A model generated the notes under the pieces. That model did not search any database and was not told where the DNA came from. It saw only the letters and a list, made by a program, of their open reading frames with translations. A DNA stretch of 62,077 bases from a virus (Duplodnaviria; Caudoviricetes). The stretch lies in IMG/VR virus record IMGVR_UViG_3300029319_000038, positions 1 through 62,077 of that record; one strand, given 5' to 3'. Numbering within the stretch: the stretch's first letter is position 1; every line of letters starts with the position of its first letter. Shown here one piece after another: positions 20,193 through 29,530 of this stretch. A program made the translations under genes and the position numbers.

Positions 20193-20933
20193 ATGGCTAT
20201 TGATTTAAATAAAATGAAAGCAAAGCTTGATGCTTTGGAAAATCGCGGCGGCAGGCAGAAAAGTGTTTTCTGGCGTCCAGAAGATGGCGAACAGACAATC
20301 CGAATTGTCCCGACAGCGGATGGCGATCCATTCAAGGAGTACTGGTTTCACTACAACCTTGGTAAAAACGCAGGCTTTCTAAGCCCAAAGAAAAATTTTG
20401 GACAAGATGACCCACTTAATGATTTTGTCCGGCAGCTTTATAATGAAGGCTCTGATGAGTCTGTCAAGATGGCAAAGAGCCTTTCGGCGCGCCAGCGCTT
20501 CTTTGCTCCGGTTGTTGTACGTGGAGAAGAAGACAAGGGTGTTCGTCTATGGGGCTTTGGTAAAACAGCCTACAAAGAGCTTCTAAACCTTGTGCTCAAT
20601 CCAGAGTATGGAGACATCACCGATGTCAACGAGGGTACTGATCTTACTATTCAGTATGGCAAGCCGCCAGGCGCGCAGTTTCCACAAACTAGCATTACGC
20701 CTAGACGCAAGCCATCGCCTCTAGCGAAAACTGAGGATGAGATTAGCGCTTTTCTAGATCAGGTGCCTAATTTTGATGAAGTCTTTGAGCGCAAGACGCC
20801 TGAGCAAGTACAAGTCATGCTTGATGAGTTCTTGCTCTCTGAGTCAGACGCAGAAGAGGTCTCAACTGAGTCGACGCACTATAATACGCCAGCTACCCAG
20901 GTAGATAAGGCTTTTGCAGAGCTTCTTCCTTAA
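20193..20933 (+). CDS. Single-stranded DNA-binding protein (gp32-like)
   Basis: FWRP..GEQTIRIVP, HY, LWGFGK, YGDITD..EGTD, acidic C-terminus. Confidence 0.75.
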   Translation: MAIDLNKMKAKLDALENRGGRQKSVFWRPEDGEQTIRIVPTADGDPFKEYWFHYNLGKNAGFLSPKKNFGQDDPLNDFVRQLYNEGSDESVKMAKSLSARQRFFAPVVVRGEEDKGVRLWGFGKTAYKELLNLVLNPEYGDITDVNEGTDLTIQYGKPPGAQFPQTSITPRRKPSPLAKTEDEISAFLDQVPNFDEVFERKTPEQVQVMLDEFLLSESDAEEVSTESTHYNTPATQVDKAFAELLP

Positions 20934-20940
20934 GTCCTCC

Positions 20941-20972
20941 ACCGCAGGGGGGCATGGGTCTACAGATGCCCC
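20941..20972 (+). repeat. Intergenic structured motif copy 1 (ACCGCAGG-G-GGGCAT-loop-ATGCCC-C)
   Basis: Three near-identical copies with compensatory stem changes. Confidence 0.85.
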
Positions 20973-20996
20973 ACTTTACTTTAAAAAGGAGAAAAA

Positions 20997-21458
20997 ATGA
21001 GTTTGCATGAAAAATTAAAAGCTGCTAATTTAAGTGGCGATCACAAGTTGACATTAAGTTTTTCTGATGGCGCAGATGTTGTTCACGCTTGGGGTGGATA
21101 TGAAGAGGAAGTGCTTGAGGAGACAGATTTTGCAGGTCGAGTAGCATCTTTAATCACTGTTGCTGGCTTCAAAAATGATGTTATTGAAACTCTTCGTGAA
21201 GAAAATTATCTTGATGATTATCCCAGAGACCATTCCGGTTTTGAAGAGTTTGTTAGTGGTGTTATCAAAGAAAATTTCTGGGATATGGATTTTATTGAAC
21301 GTACAACTGAGCAGTATGACTACAAGAGGGGCTTCTTCTCGCTTGAGGTTAATGTTGAAACAACAGTTGGACAGGTTCTTTCGACTCCTGAAGTTTACTT
21401 TAGTGGCTGGAAGAGCAAGGTGGACACCGATCTAGGTGTCTTAAATATTGATGCATAA
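20997..21458 (+). CDS. Hypothetical acidic protein
   Basis: AAGGAG RBS, 153 aa. Confidence 0.75.
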   Translation: MSLHEKLKAANLSGDHKLTLSFSDGADVVHAWGGYEEEVLEETDFAGRVASLITVAGFKNDVIETLREENYLDDYPRDHSGFEEFVSGVIKENFWDMDFIERTTEQYDYKRGFFSLEVNVETTVGQVLSTPEVYFSGWKSKVDTDLGVLNIDA

Positions 21459-21472
21459 AAAAGGAGAAAACG

Positions 21473-21661
21473 ATGAATAATATGCCCGATACTTTAGATG
21501 AGATGATTAATCTTTTAAGCGCAGCTCGCGCAGACTATGAAAAGTTTTATAACAGCAACAACGCTTCCGCAGGGACTCGTGTTCGCAAAGTTATGCAAGA
21601 GATTAAAAATACTGCTCATGCTGTAAGGCAACACGTTCAAACTACTAAAAACGAGCGTTAG
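21473..21661 (+). CDS. Histone H1-like Hc1-family small protein
   Basis: DYEKFY..N.SAGTRVRK.MQEIK..A..VR motif; AAGGAG RBS. Confidence 0.7.
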   Translation: MNNMPDTLDEMINLLSAARADYEKFYNSNNASAGTRVRKVMQEIKNTAHAVRQHVQTTKNER

Positions 21662-21669
21662 TTTCTTAA

Positions 21670-21700
21670 ACCGCAGGCGGGCACGGGTTTATAGGTGCCC
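21670..21700 (+). repeat. Intergenic structured motif copy 2 (ACCGCAGG-C-GGGCAC-loop-GTGCCC)
   Basis: Same motif as copy 1. Confidence 0.85.
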
Positions 21701-21724
21701 TTTTACTACTAAAAGGATTTTATT

Positions 21725-22075
21725 ATGATTTTAAGAAATGTTTTAGCCGTCATGGCTTGTTTTGCAATTATGGTTGCCTGTAACCCACCTGCCGATACCT
21801 CAACGGCTGGAACTACAACAACCACTACAACTACAACTAATGTAGAAAGCACTACTGTTGGTAACACTAATACTGAGACAACCAACACAACTGGCGCAAC
21901 TGGAACTGCAACAGCTATCACTAATAGCAAATGTGATTGCACTGACTGTTCTGCATGCGCGAACACGGGAACTGTAGGCACCACAGGTGTTACAACAGAG
22001 CCCACAACAGGCACAACTACAACAGGTACGACTGCCACAACAAATACAACTACTGGCACAGCCACGACAAACTAG
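21725..22075 (+). CDS. Thr-rich putative lipoprotein
   Basis: Signal peptide with lipobox MVAC, poly-Thr/TTG repeats, CDCTDCSAC cluster. Confidence 0.7.
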   Translation: MILRNVLAVMACFAIMVACNPPADTSTAGTTTTTTTTTNVESTTVGNTNTETTNTTGATGTATAITNSKCDCTDCSACANTGTVGTTGVTTEPTTGTTTTGTTATTNTTTGTATTN

Positions 22076-22081
22076 TTGTTG

Positions 22082-22118
22082 ACCGCAGGAGGGCACGGGT
22101 CTATATTACAGGTGCCCT
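22082..22118 (+). repeat. Intergenic structured motif copy 3 (ACCGCAGG-A-GGGCAC-loop-GTGCCC-T)
   Basis: Same motif as copy 1. Confidence 0.85.
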
Positions 22119-22136
22119 GTTATTTTACGGAGGAAC

Positions 22137-22997
22137 ATGAAATCCCCTTTACGCTATCCAGGTGGGAAAACACGTGCTGTAAAGCATATTTTGCCACACA
22201 TACCTGATCATGCTGAGTATTGTGCCCCTTTTTTAGGTGGCGGCTCAGTTGAGCTGGCTTTAGCTGAAAGGGGCTCTGTCGTTTACGGCTATGATATTTT
22301 CAAGCCGCTAGTTTGGTTTTGGAAAGCCTTGCTTGAGAGCCCTTCTAAGTTAGCTGATATATCAGATTCTTATCGTGCGCCTGATGTTTATCTATACAAA
22401 GGCGAAGAACAATGCGAAAGAGGACTCTCAAGGGAGTTATTTAAAGCTTTTCGTGAGCAAATAAAGCAAGAGCTTGACAAAGACAGTCCCAGCTTTTCAT
22501 TTGATTTAGCCGCAAAGTTTTACGCAATCAATCGCTCAAGCTTTTCAGGCGCTACTTTCTCTGGCGGCTTTTCGAAGAGAGCTTCTTACGCTAGATTTAC
22601 TGATTCTTCAATTGATAGAATACGTAATTTTAAACAAGATAATTTATTTGTTGAGTGTGCAGATTTTGAAGAATCTATTTTAAAACACCCCAATGCGTTC
22701 CTATATTTAGATCCACCGTATATGTTATCTAAAAAACAACAAGAGAATCTTTATGGAGTTCAAGGCAACACCCACTCTGATTTCGATCATGGTCGACTTT
22801 TCTCTTTATTGAAAGATAGAAAAAATTGGGTTATGTCTTACGGTGGAGATGCAGATCAAATATTTGAGATGTACAATTCTTTTAAAATAATTGATTTAAG
22901 TGGTAAGTGGGCTTACGGAATGAAGAATGTTTCTTCAGAAAGTAAAAAAATGGGTAAGAGTTCAGAAATTTTAATTATAGGAGGAAAAAATGACTAA
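22137..22997 (+). CDS. DNA N6-adenine methyltransferase (Dam/D12 class)
   Basis: SPLRYPGGK, PFLGGGSV (motif I), YLDPPY (motif IV). Confidence 0.9.
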   Translation: MKSPLRYPGGKTRAVKHILPHIPDHAEYCAPFLGGGSVELALAERGSVVYGYDIFKPLVWFWKALLESPSKLADISDSYRAPDVYLYKGEEQCERGLSRELFKAFREQIKQELDKDSPSFSFDLAAKFYAINRSSFSGATFSGGFSKRASYARFTDSSIDRIRNFKQDNLFVECADFEESILKHPNAFLYLDPPYMLSKKQQENLYGVQGNTHSDFDHGRLFSLLKDRKNWVMSYGGDADQIFEMYNSFKIIDLSGKWAYGMKNVSSESKKMGKSSEILIIGGKND

Positions 22998-23709
22998 ACT
23001 TAATCCGGCTAAATCTGGCGCACAACATGAGCATATTATCGCTGAGCGCATTAATAATTGTTTTGATACTAATTCTATCAACTTTCAAGCTTTTGCTGAA
23101 GGTGGCTCAGGTCACAGCAGTGATGTTGTGATTAAAAATAATGCTGGCACCGTTATTGATAGTTTTGAAATTAAAACCAGCAAAGGCACAAGAATTGATT
23201 TTGGTCAGTTTAGGCTCCGCTTTGAAAATGGACGCTGCACACAGTCAACTGGCAGTAACAACCAAGCGCAAGCTAAGATATTTGATGTGCTTGAGCAACA
23301 ACTGAATTCTGCTAATTTTGATATGAGAAACATCCCTTCGGGTCCTACCTTGGATCAGCATGAAGCTGCGCAGTTTTGGTGCACTATCGACGACCGGTCT
23401 GGCACAAGCTTATCAGGCGATGTTTTAAAAGTTAGCTTGCCTAAGAGTCTTGTCGCTGATTATTATCGCGATAAAGGCGACAGCTACATTGTTTTGGGTG
23501 AAAGCATCTACTCTCTTCATGAGGGCTTGGAGATGTCTTTGACAAACTCTATTGAAGAGTGTTATGCGGTTTTTAGAATCAAATACCACTCAACAAATAA
23601 AAAGACAGGTAAAAAAACTTTTTCATATACGGTTGCTTTGAGAGCTAAGTTTTATAAAGATAAAACAACTAGCAGCTTTGAGCATGCCATACAAAAAATT
23701 TATTGTTAA
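22990..23709 (+). CDS. Putative PD-(D/E)XK restriction-like endonuclease
   Basis: GAQHE...SDVVI...FEIKT spacing; overlaps the methylase stop. Confidence 0.6.
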   Translation: MTKLNPAKSGAQHEHIIAERINNCFDTNSINFQAFAEGGSGHSSDVVIKNNAGTVIDSFEIKTSKGTRIDFGQFRLRFENGRCTQSTGSNNQAQAKIFDVLEQQLNSANFDMRNIPSGPTLDQHEAAQFWCTIDDRSGTSLSGDVLKVSLPKSLVADYYRDKGDSYIVLGESIYSLHEGLEMSLTNSIEECYAVFRIKYHSTNKKTGKKTFSYTVALRAKFYKDKTTSSFEHAIQKIYC

Positions 23710-23723
23710 AATAGGAGAAATAA

Positions 23724-24839
23724 ATGGCTAGAAAACAAGCAAAGAAACTTGGCAGGTTAAATCTTGCTGAGATGAGAAATTTAATTAATAAAAAAGTGGG
23801 CATGGAAGTTGCTCATGATCTTTCCAATGACAACCCAACAGAAGTCAAAGAATGGATCTCTACTGGGTCAAGGTGGCTTGATTCTGTTATTTGTCGTGGC
23901 AGGCTGGCTGGTATCCCAGTTGGTAAGATTGTGGAGATTGCTGGTCTTGAAGGATCTGGTAAGTCTTATATGGCAGCGCAGGTTGCTGCGAATGCTCAAA
24001 AGATGGGCATTGATGTTATTTATTTTGATTCAGAGTCTGCTATTGACCCTGAGTTTTTGGCTCGTGCTGGTTGTGACTTGAATACATTGTTGTATGTACA
24101 AGCACAGTCTGTTGAGTTTGTTTTGGAGACTATTGAGGAGTTACTAGGTTCTAATGAGAACCGTATGCTTTTCATCTGGGATAGTCTTGCCTTAACACCA
24201 TCTATCAGTGACGTTGAGGGTGACTTTAATCCTCAGTCTTCTATGGCTGTCAAGCCACGTATTCTTGCGAAGGGTATGTCAAAACTAACTGTACCTATTG
24301 CTAACTCACAGTCTACATTCTTGGTTCTTAATCAGTTAAAGACTAATATCACTAGTAATGTAGCAGAGGCTATGACAACTCCATATGTGACACCAGGTGG
24401 TAAGGCAATGCATTATGCTTACTCGCTACGCATTTGGCTTACAAAGCGTAAAGCAAAGGCTGCTTTCATTATGGATGACAATGGTTTCCGTGTTGGCTCC
24501 GAGGTGAAGGTTACACTAAAGAAAAGCCGTTTTGGAACAGAGGGACGACAATGTACGTTTAAAATCCTATGGGGTGGTGACGTTGGCATCCAAGACGAAG
24601 AGAGTTGGTTTGAGGCTGTAAAAAGCTCAGATAGTATCAAACAAGCTGGCGCATGGTATAATCTACTTTATGAAGATGGCACATCAGAAAAGTTCCAAGC
24701 CTCAAAGTGGAAAGAGAAACTACAAAGTGACAAGTTCCGCGCTAGAATTTTGCAGATCATGGATGACGAAATTATCATGCGCTTTGAGAAAAAAGAAGGC
24801 AAAGCTGGCGATTTTTATGACATTGACCCAGGTGAGTAA
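23724..24839 (+). CDS. recA: RecA/UvsX recombinase
   Basis: ISTGS..LD, GLEGSGKS Walker A, DSESA, IWDSLA, LNQLK, TPGGKA. Confidence 0.92.
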   Translation: MARKQAKKLGRLNLAEMRNLINKKVGMEVAHDLSNDNPTEVKEWISTGSRWLDSVICRGRLAGIPVGKIVEIAGLEGSGKSYMAAQVAANAQKMGIDVIYFDSESAIDPEFLARAGCDLNTLLYVQAQSVEFVLETIEELLGSNENRMLFIWDSLALTPSISDVEGDFNPQSSMAVKPRILAKGMSKLTVPIANSQSTFLVLNQLKTNITSNVAEAMTTPYVTPGGKAMHYAYSLRIWLTKRKAKAAFIMDDNGFRVGSEVKVTLKKSRFGTEGRQCTFKILWGGDVGIQDEESWFEAVKSSDSIKQAGAWYNLLYEDGTSEKFQASKWKEKLQSDKFRARILQIMDDEIIMRFEKKEGKAGDFYDIDPGE

Positions 24840-24851
24840 TGTTCTTATATT
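24823..24851 (+). promoter_or_regulatory. Sigma70-like promoter TTGACC-N17-TATATT
   Basis: Recurrent class; overlaps the end of recA. Confidence 0.5.
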
Positions 24852-24858
24852 ATTTGAA

Positions 24859-24866
24859 ACTATTTA
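24859..24866 (+). promoter_or_regulatory. Late-type promoter motif ACTATTTA
   Basis: Isolated late motif within the replication region. Confidence 0.6.
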
Positions 24867-24884
24867 AATAAGCGAGGGCTTTGT

Positions 24885-25223
24885 ATGGATAGTTTAAGGC
24901 AAGTGATAAAAGAATATTTATTTGAGGAGCTTTGGGAAGCACATTGCATCCTAAGATCTGACGATGATAAAAATATCACAAAAGTAACTGACAATCTGAG
25001 AGGACTGCGAGGCGTTACAGTTGTTACTGTTGATGGACCAGCAAAAAAAGTTGGTCCAGGCGTTGAGCGAACAAAGCTAAAAGTTAAATTTTTCCAAATG
25101 GCTCCAACAATGAAAGAGCAGTTGGCTAATATGTCCAACGAAGCTAGAAAAATTGATGGAGTCTTCTCTTTTATGCCTGTTCGTTGGAACAAAGTGGTCA
25201 GTAGGATTTATAGACCAAAATAG
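24885..25223 (+). CDS. Hypothetical protein with IKE/LFEE leader (candidate internal virion protein)
   Basis: MDSLRQVIKEYLFEE; late motif upstream; internal duplication LRGLRGV / ARKIDGV. Confidence 0.65.
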   Translation: MDSLRQVIKEYLFEELWEAHCILRSDDDKNITKVTDNLRGLRGVTVVTVDGPAKKVGPGVERTKLKVKFFQMAPTMKEQLANMSNEARKIDGVFSFMPVRWNKVVSRIYRPK

Positions 25224-25233
25224 AGAGGTAAAA

Positions 25234-26208
25234 ATGTATGAAGGTAAAAGGGTTTTAATTATTGACCAATTGAACCTTTTCTTCCGTAACTACATCGTTA
25301 ACCCTAGCTTGTCTGCTAATGGTATACCAATTGGTGGCTTGCGAGGGTGTATACAAAGTATTCAAAAAATTGCTAGGGAATCTAAGCCTGACGTAATTGT
25401 TGTTTGCTGGGATGGCGAGGGCGGATCAAAGAAGAGGAAGATTCTAAAAAAGGATTACAAAGCGGGCAGAAGCCCTATCCGCCTGAACAGAGATATCAGA
25501 AATATGTCTGAAGAGGAGGAGCTGCTTAACAAAGTATGGCAGCAAACTAGATTGGTTGATTATTACAATCAGACACCAATAATTCAGTTTATGTTCAAAA
25601 GCACAGAAGCTGATGATATTATTGCATTTATTTCACAAATGAAAGAGCTTGATGGTGCAGAAAAAATTATTGTGTCGAGCGATAAAGACTTTTTCCAGCT
25701 CTTAGATAAGAAGACCATACAATATCGCCCAACACAGAAGCAAATTTTGAATGAAAATTCTTTACTAGAACAATTTAATGTTCATCCTATGAACTTTGCG
25801 CTAGCACGTGCCATGGAGGGAGATAAGTCTGATAATATTGAAGGCATCGAGGGTCTTGGCATGAAAACTATTGCTAAGCGCTTTCCGATGCTCAGCGAGT
25901 CTCGCAGCGTAACAATCAAAGAGTTATTAGACCACTGCAGTGAGATGCAAAAAGAAAGCAAGGTGAAGGCATATCAAAAAGTGCTTGAAAATGAGGACAT
26001 ATTGAGGCGTAATTATCAGATGATGCAGCTTTATACTCCGATTTTAAGCATCGATGCCAAGAAAACAATAAAAGAGACATTTAGACAGCCTGATTTTACT
26101 TTTAATAAGACTTCATTAATTAAGATGATGATAAAAGATGGATTTGGCGAGATTAATTTCACTGAGCTGTTCCAGCACTTTAACAAAATTTGTGTGGACA
26201 AAGCTTAG
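25234..26208 (+). CDS. 5'-3' exonuclease / flap endonuclease (Pol I N-terminal/RNase H-like)
   Basis: LIID, WDG, YKAGR, EADDII, SSDKDF.QL, GDKSDNI.GI.G.G.KT; GAGG RBS before ATG 25234. Confidence 0.9.
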   Translation: MYEGKRVLIIDQLNLFFRNYIVNPSLSANGIPIGGLRGCIQSIQKIARESKPDVIVVCWDGEGGSKKRKILKKDYKAGRSPIRLNRDIRNMSEEEELLNKVWQQTRLVDYYNQTPIIQFMFKSTEADDIIAFISQMKELDGAEKIIVSSDKDFFQLLDKKTIQYRPTQKQILNENSLLEQFNVHPMNFALARAMEGDKSDNIEGIEGLGMKTIAKRFPMLSESRSVTIKELLDHCSEMQKESKVKAYQKVLENEDILRRNYQMMQLYTPILSIDAKKTIKETFRQPDFTFNKTSLIKMMIKDGFGEINFTELFQHFNKICVDKA

Positions 26209-26222
26209 GTTGTTTCTAAAAT
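26195..26222 (+). promoter_or_regulatory. Sigma70-like promoter TGGACA-N16-TAAAAT
   Basis: Recurrent class with GT element; upstream of the helicase. Confidence 0.45.
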
Positions 26223-26240
26223 ATTAAGAACGGAGGAAGA

Positions 26241-27626
26241 ATGAATAACAAAGAAATTAGCTTTTCTAAGTATGGAAAAAAGTTTCAAGAAAGCTTAGCG
26301 CAGGTGATCTTAGAAGATCGACCGTTTGCAGATCAAATTGAAGAGGTTATGGATACTCAGTTTTTTGAACTGAACTATCTTCGTGTTTTTGTAGAAAAAA
26401 TATTCGAGTATCGACGCAATTATGGCGTGCATCCCAGCAAAGAGATCCTTGCATCAATTTTCAGGACTGATATTGAAAAGCTGCCAGATTCAACTCAAAA
26501 ACAGGTAAGAGATTATTTTAGTAGAATTTGTATCGTTGCTGTAAGAGATGAAGAGTATATTAAAGATACGAGTTTAGATTTTTGCAAAAAGCAAAAACTA
26601 AAAGAAGCTTTGATGCAGTCAGTTGATTTAATTCAAAGTTCATCCTATGAAGAAGTTCGTAAGGTTATCGACGATGCCTTAAAGCTGGGCATTGACAATG
26701 ACTTTGGGCATGAATTTATCAAAGACTTTGAAACACGATATGAGATTAGAGCTAGGAATCCTGTCACAACCGGCTGGGAAAAAATTGATTCATTAACTAA
26801 AAATGGATTAGGCTCAGGCGAGCTTGGTGTTATCATCGCTCCAACAGGCGCTGGTAAGTCAATGGTCTTATCGCACCTTGGCGCAGAGGCGGTCAAGGCT
26901 GGCAAAAATGTGGTGCATTACACTCTAGAGCTTTCTGATGCTGTGACTGGGCAGAGATATGATAGCTGTATCTCTGGTGTGCCATTAAACTCATTGTTTG
27001 AAATGAAAGACGAAGTATTAGAATCTATTTCAGACCTGGAGGGATCGCTGATTATTAAAGAGTATCCAACCAAGACAGCTAGCCCGACGACAATCCGAGC
27101 GCACTTAGAAAAACTAAAAAAAAGAAATCACAAAATCGATATGATTCTAGTAGATTACGCAGATTTGCTGCGTCCAAGCCGTACCTTTAAAGAGAAAAGG
27201 AACGAATTAGAGTCTATTTATGAAAACTTGAGGGCAATTGCACAAGAATACGAATGTCCGCTTTGGACAGCCTCTCAGACTAACAGAACAGGACTAAATG
27301 CAGAAGTTGTTACAATGGAGTCAATCTCCGAAGCGTTTAATAAATGCTTTGTTGCTGATTTTATTTGTTCTATTTCAAGGACAGTCAAAGACAGAAATAA
27401 AAATGAGGGAAGGTTGTTCATAGCTAAAAATAGAAATGGTCCTGACGGTCTTGTGTTTCCTATCTTTATGGACACAAGAAATGTCAAGATTCAAGTCTTA
27501 GCGCGAGTTGATACTCCGGTTATTAATGCAATGACAAAGCCTAAAGATATGGCAACTGCGCTAAGGCATAAATACAAGCAATTTAAAGTAGCAAAAAGAG
27601 ATAATCTAGGAGAGGGGCGAGAATGA
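26241..27626 (+). CDS. dnaB: Replicative helicase (DnaB/gp41-like)
   Basis: APTGAGKS Walker A, YTLEL, VDYADL, TASQTNR, AKNRNG. Confidence 0.9.
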   Translation: MNNKEISFSKYGKKFQESLAQVILEDRPFADQIEEVMDTQFFELNYLRVFVEKIFEYRRNYGVHPSKEILASIFRTDIEKLPDSTQKQVRDYFSRICIVAVRDEEYIKDTSLDFCKKQKLKEALMQSVDLIQSSSYEEVRKVIDDALKLGIDNDFGHEFIKDFETRYEIRARNPVTTGWEKIDSLTKNGLGSGELGVIIAPTGAGKSMVLSHLGAEAVKAGKNVVHYTLELSDAVTGQRYDSCISGVPLNSLFEMKDEVLESISDLEGSLIIKEYPTKTASPTTIRAHLEKLKKRNHKIDMILVDYADLLRPSRTFKEKRNELESIYENLRAIAQEYECPLWTASQTNRTGLNAEVVTMESISEAFNKCFVADFICSISRTVKDRNKNEGRLFIAKNRNGPDGLVFPIFMDTRNVKIQVLARVDTPVINAMTKPKDMATALRHKYKQFKVAKRDNLGEGRE

Positions 27627-29479
27627 ATTTACCAAATAAAATTTTATCAGACATTACCGTGCATATGAAATATGCGCGTTACATTTCAGACCTAGAGAGA
27701 AGAGAAACATGGGGTGAATTAGTTGATCGTAACAAAGCAATGCACCTCAAGAAGTATCCTAATTTAGGGAACGAAATAGAGGAGGCATATAATTATGTCT
27801 ATGAAAAGAAAGTTTTACCATCAATGCGATCCATGCAATTCGGCGGAAAGCCGATTGAAGTGGCACCTAACAGGATTTACAACTGTGCTTATATGCCTAT
27901 CGATCATCTCGCTTCTTTTTCTGAGTGCATGTTTCTCCTTCTTGGGGGCACTGGCGTTGGATTTAGCGTCCAAAGGCATCATGTGGATAAGCTTCCCGAA
28001 ATTCAGAAGCCGAGTTCGAAGCGCTCTAGAAGATATCTGGTCGCTGATTCGATCGAAGGATGGGCGGACGCAGTAAAGGTTTTAATCAATTCTTACTTTA
28101 AAGGTGGGTCTAGATTAAAATTTGACTTTTCTGATATCCGTCCGAAGGGAAGCGCACTACTTACTAGTGGAGGCAAGGCACCAGGTCCACAGCCACTTAA
28201 AGAGTGCCTCCTGAAAGTTCAGGGCGTCCTCCAGGAGAAGGATAATGGAGACAAGCTTGAACCCATTGAAGTGCATGATATCATTTGCCATATTGCTGAT
28301 GCTGTTCTTGCCGGGGGGATTCGTCGGGCTGCTCTTATTTCACTTTTTTCCGCAGAAGATGAAGAAATGCTTGCCGCAAAAACTGGCAACTGGTGGGAGA
28401 CAAATCCACAACGAGGGAGAGCAAACAACTCTGTTGTCTTGATGAGGCATCTCGTAACAAAAGATTTCTTTATGAAAATCTGGGATAGAGTGAAAGCGAG
28501 CGGCTCAGGAGAACCTGGCTTTTACTTATCAAATGATAAAGACTGGGGAACGAACCCATGCTGTGAAATTGCGCTTAAGCCTTATCAGTTCTGCAATCTA
28601 ACGGAGATTAACGCTTCTGACTTAGATTCGCAAGAGGAATATGAAGCGAGAGCAAAAGCAGCAGCTTTCATTGGTACCTTGCAGGCAGGCTACACTGATT
28701 TCCATTACTTACGTGATGTGTGGCGCAGAACGACTGAGAAAGACGCACTAGTTGGTGTTTCTATGACAGGTATTGCCTCTGGCAGGGTTTTAGATTTAGA
28801 TATGAAAGCTGCAGCTCTTGTTGTTAAAAAAGAGAATCGTCGAGTGGCAGCAATGATTGGCATTAAGCCTGCTGCAAGGACGACATGCGTCAAGCCAGCT
28901 GGCACTACTAGCCTTACTTTGGGCACTAGCTCTGGCATACATGCTTGGCACAACGATTATTATGTTAGAAGGATTAGGGTTGGCAAAAATGAGCCCATAT
29001 ACACGCATTTGATTATTCATCACCCAGAATTAGTTGAAGACGAGTATTTTAGACCACACGATACAGCTGTGATCACAGTACCTCAGAAAGCGCCAGAGGG
29101 TTCAATTACTCGCACAGAAAGCGCCCTTCAGCTTCTCAAACGCATTAAAGGCGTTACAGAGCAGTGGGTGCAGCCGGGGCACAGTAAAGGTCAGAATACG
29201 CATAACGTATCTGCTACAGTGTCAATTAAAGACGCAGAATGGATTGATGTTGGAGAATGGATGTGGGAAAACAGAAATTATTATAACGGCTTATCTGTTT
29301 TGCCTTTCAGTGACCACACTTACAAACAAGCGCCTTTTGAAGATTGCTCTAAAGAAAAATATGAGGTTCTTATGGAGAGCCTCGAAGAAGTAGACTTAAC
29401 TAAGGTTATTGAGCTTGATGACAATACAAATTTGTCCGGTGAGTTAGCCTGCAGTGGCGGGTCCTGCGAAATAATTTGA
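27623..29479 (+). CDS. nrdJ: Class II (adenosylcobalamin-dependent) ribonucleotide reductase
   Basis: KYARY, LPSMRSMQ, YNCAY, TNPCCEI, KPAGT, C-terminal ACSGGSCEI; no small-subunit gene nearby. Confidence 0.85.
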   Translation: MNLPNKILSDITVHMKYARYISDLERRETWGELVDRNKAMHLKKYPNLGNEIEEAYNYVYEKKVLPSMRSMQFGGKPIEVAPNRIYNCAYMPIDHLASFSECMFLLLGGTGVGFSVQRHHVDKLPEIQKPSSKRSRRYLVADSIEGWADAVKVLINSYFKGGSRLKFDFSDIRPKGSALLTSGGKAPGPQPLKECLLKVQGVLQEKDNGDKLEPIEVHDIICHIADAVLAGGIRRAALISLFSAEDEEMLAAKTGNWWETNPQRGRANNSVVLMRHLVTKDFFMKIWDRVKASGSGEPGFYLSNDKDWGTNPCCEIALKPYQFCNLTEINASDLDSQEEYEARAKAAAFIGTLQAGYTDFHYLRDVWRRTTEKDALVGVSMTGIASGRVLDLDMKAAALVVKKENRRVAAMIGIKPAARTTCVKPAGTTSLTLGTSSGIHAWHNDYYVRRIRVGKNEPIYTHLIIHHPELVEDEYFRPHDTAVITVPQKAPEGSITRTESALQLLKRIKGVTEQWVQPGHSKGQNTHNVSATVSIKDAEWIDVGEWMWENRNYYNGLSVLPFSDHTYKQAPFEDCSKEKYEVLMESLEEVDLTKVIELDDNTNLSGELACSGGSCEII

Positions 29480-29503
29480 TTTTTATAATTATGTGATTAT
29501 ATT
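29476..29503 (+). promoter_or_regulatory. Sigma70-like promoter TTGATT-N16-TATATT
   Basis: Recurrent class. Confidence 0.55.
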
Positions 29504-29530
29504 AATTCCATACCCGAGGAGGAGGTCATT

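Noticed and set aside
21800-22072. Tandem DNA repeat or VNTR
   Set aside because: The low complexity is explained by synonymous Thr codons of the lipoprotein; there is no exact repeat unit
20941-22118. CRISPR array
   Set aside because: Repeats are separated by whole genes (about 400-700 nt), vary internally, and no cas genes are present
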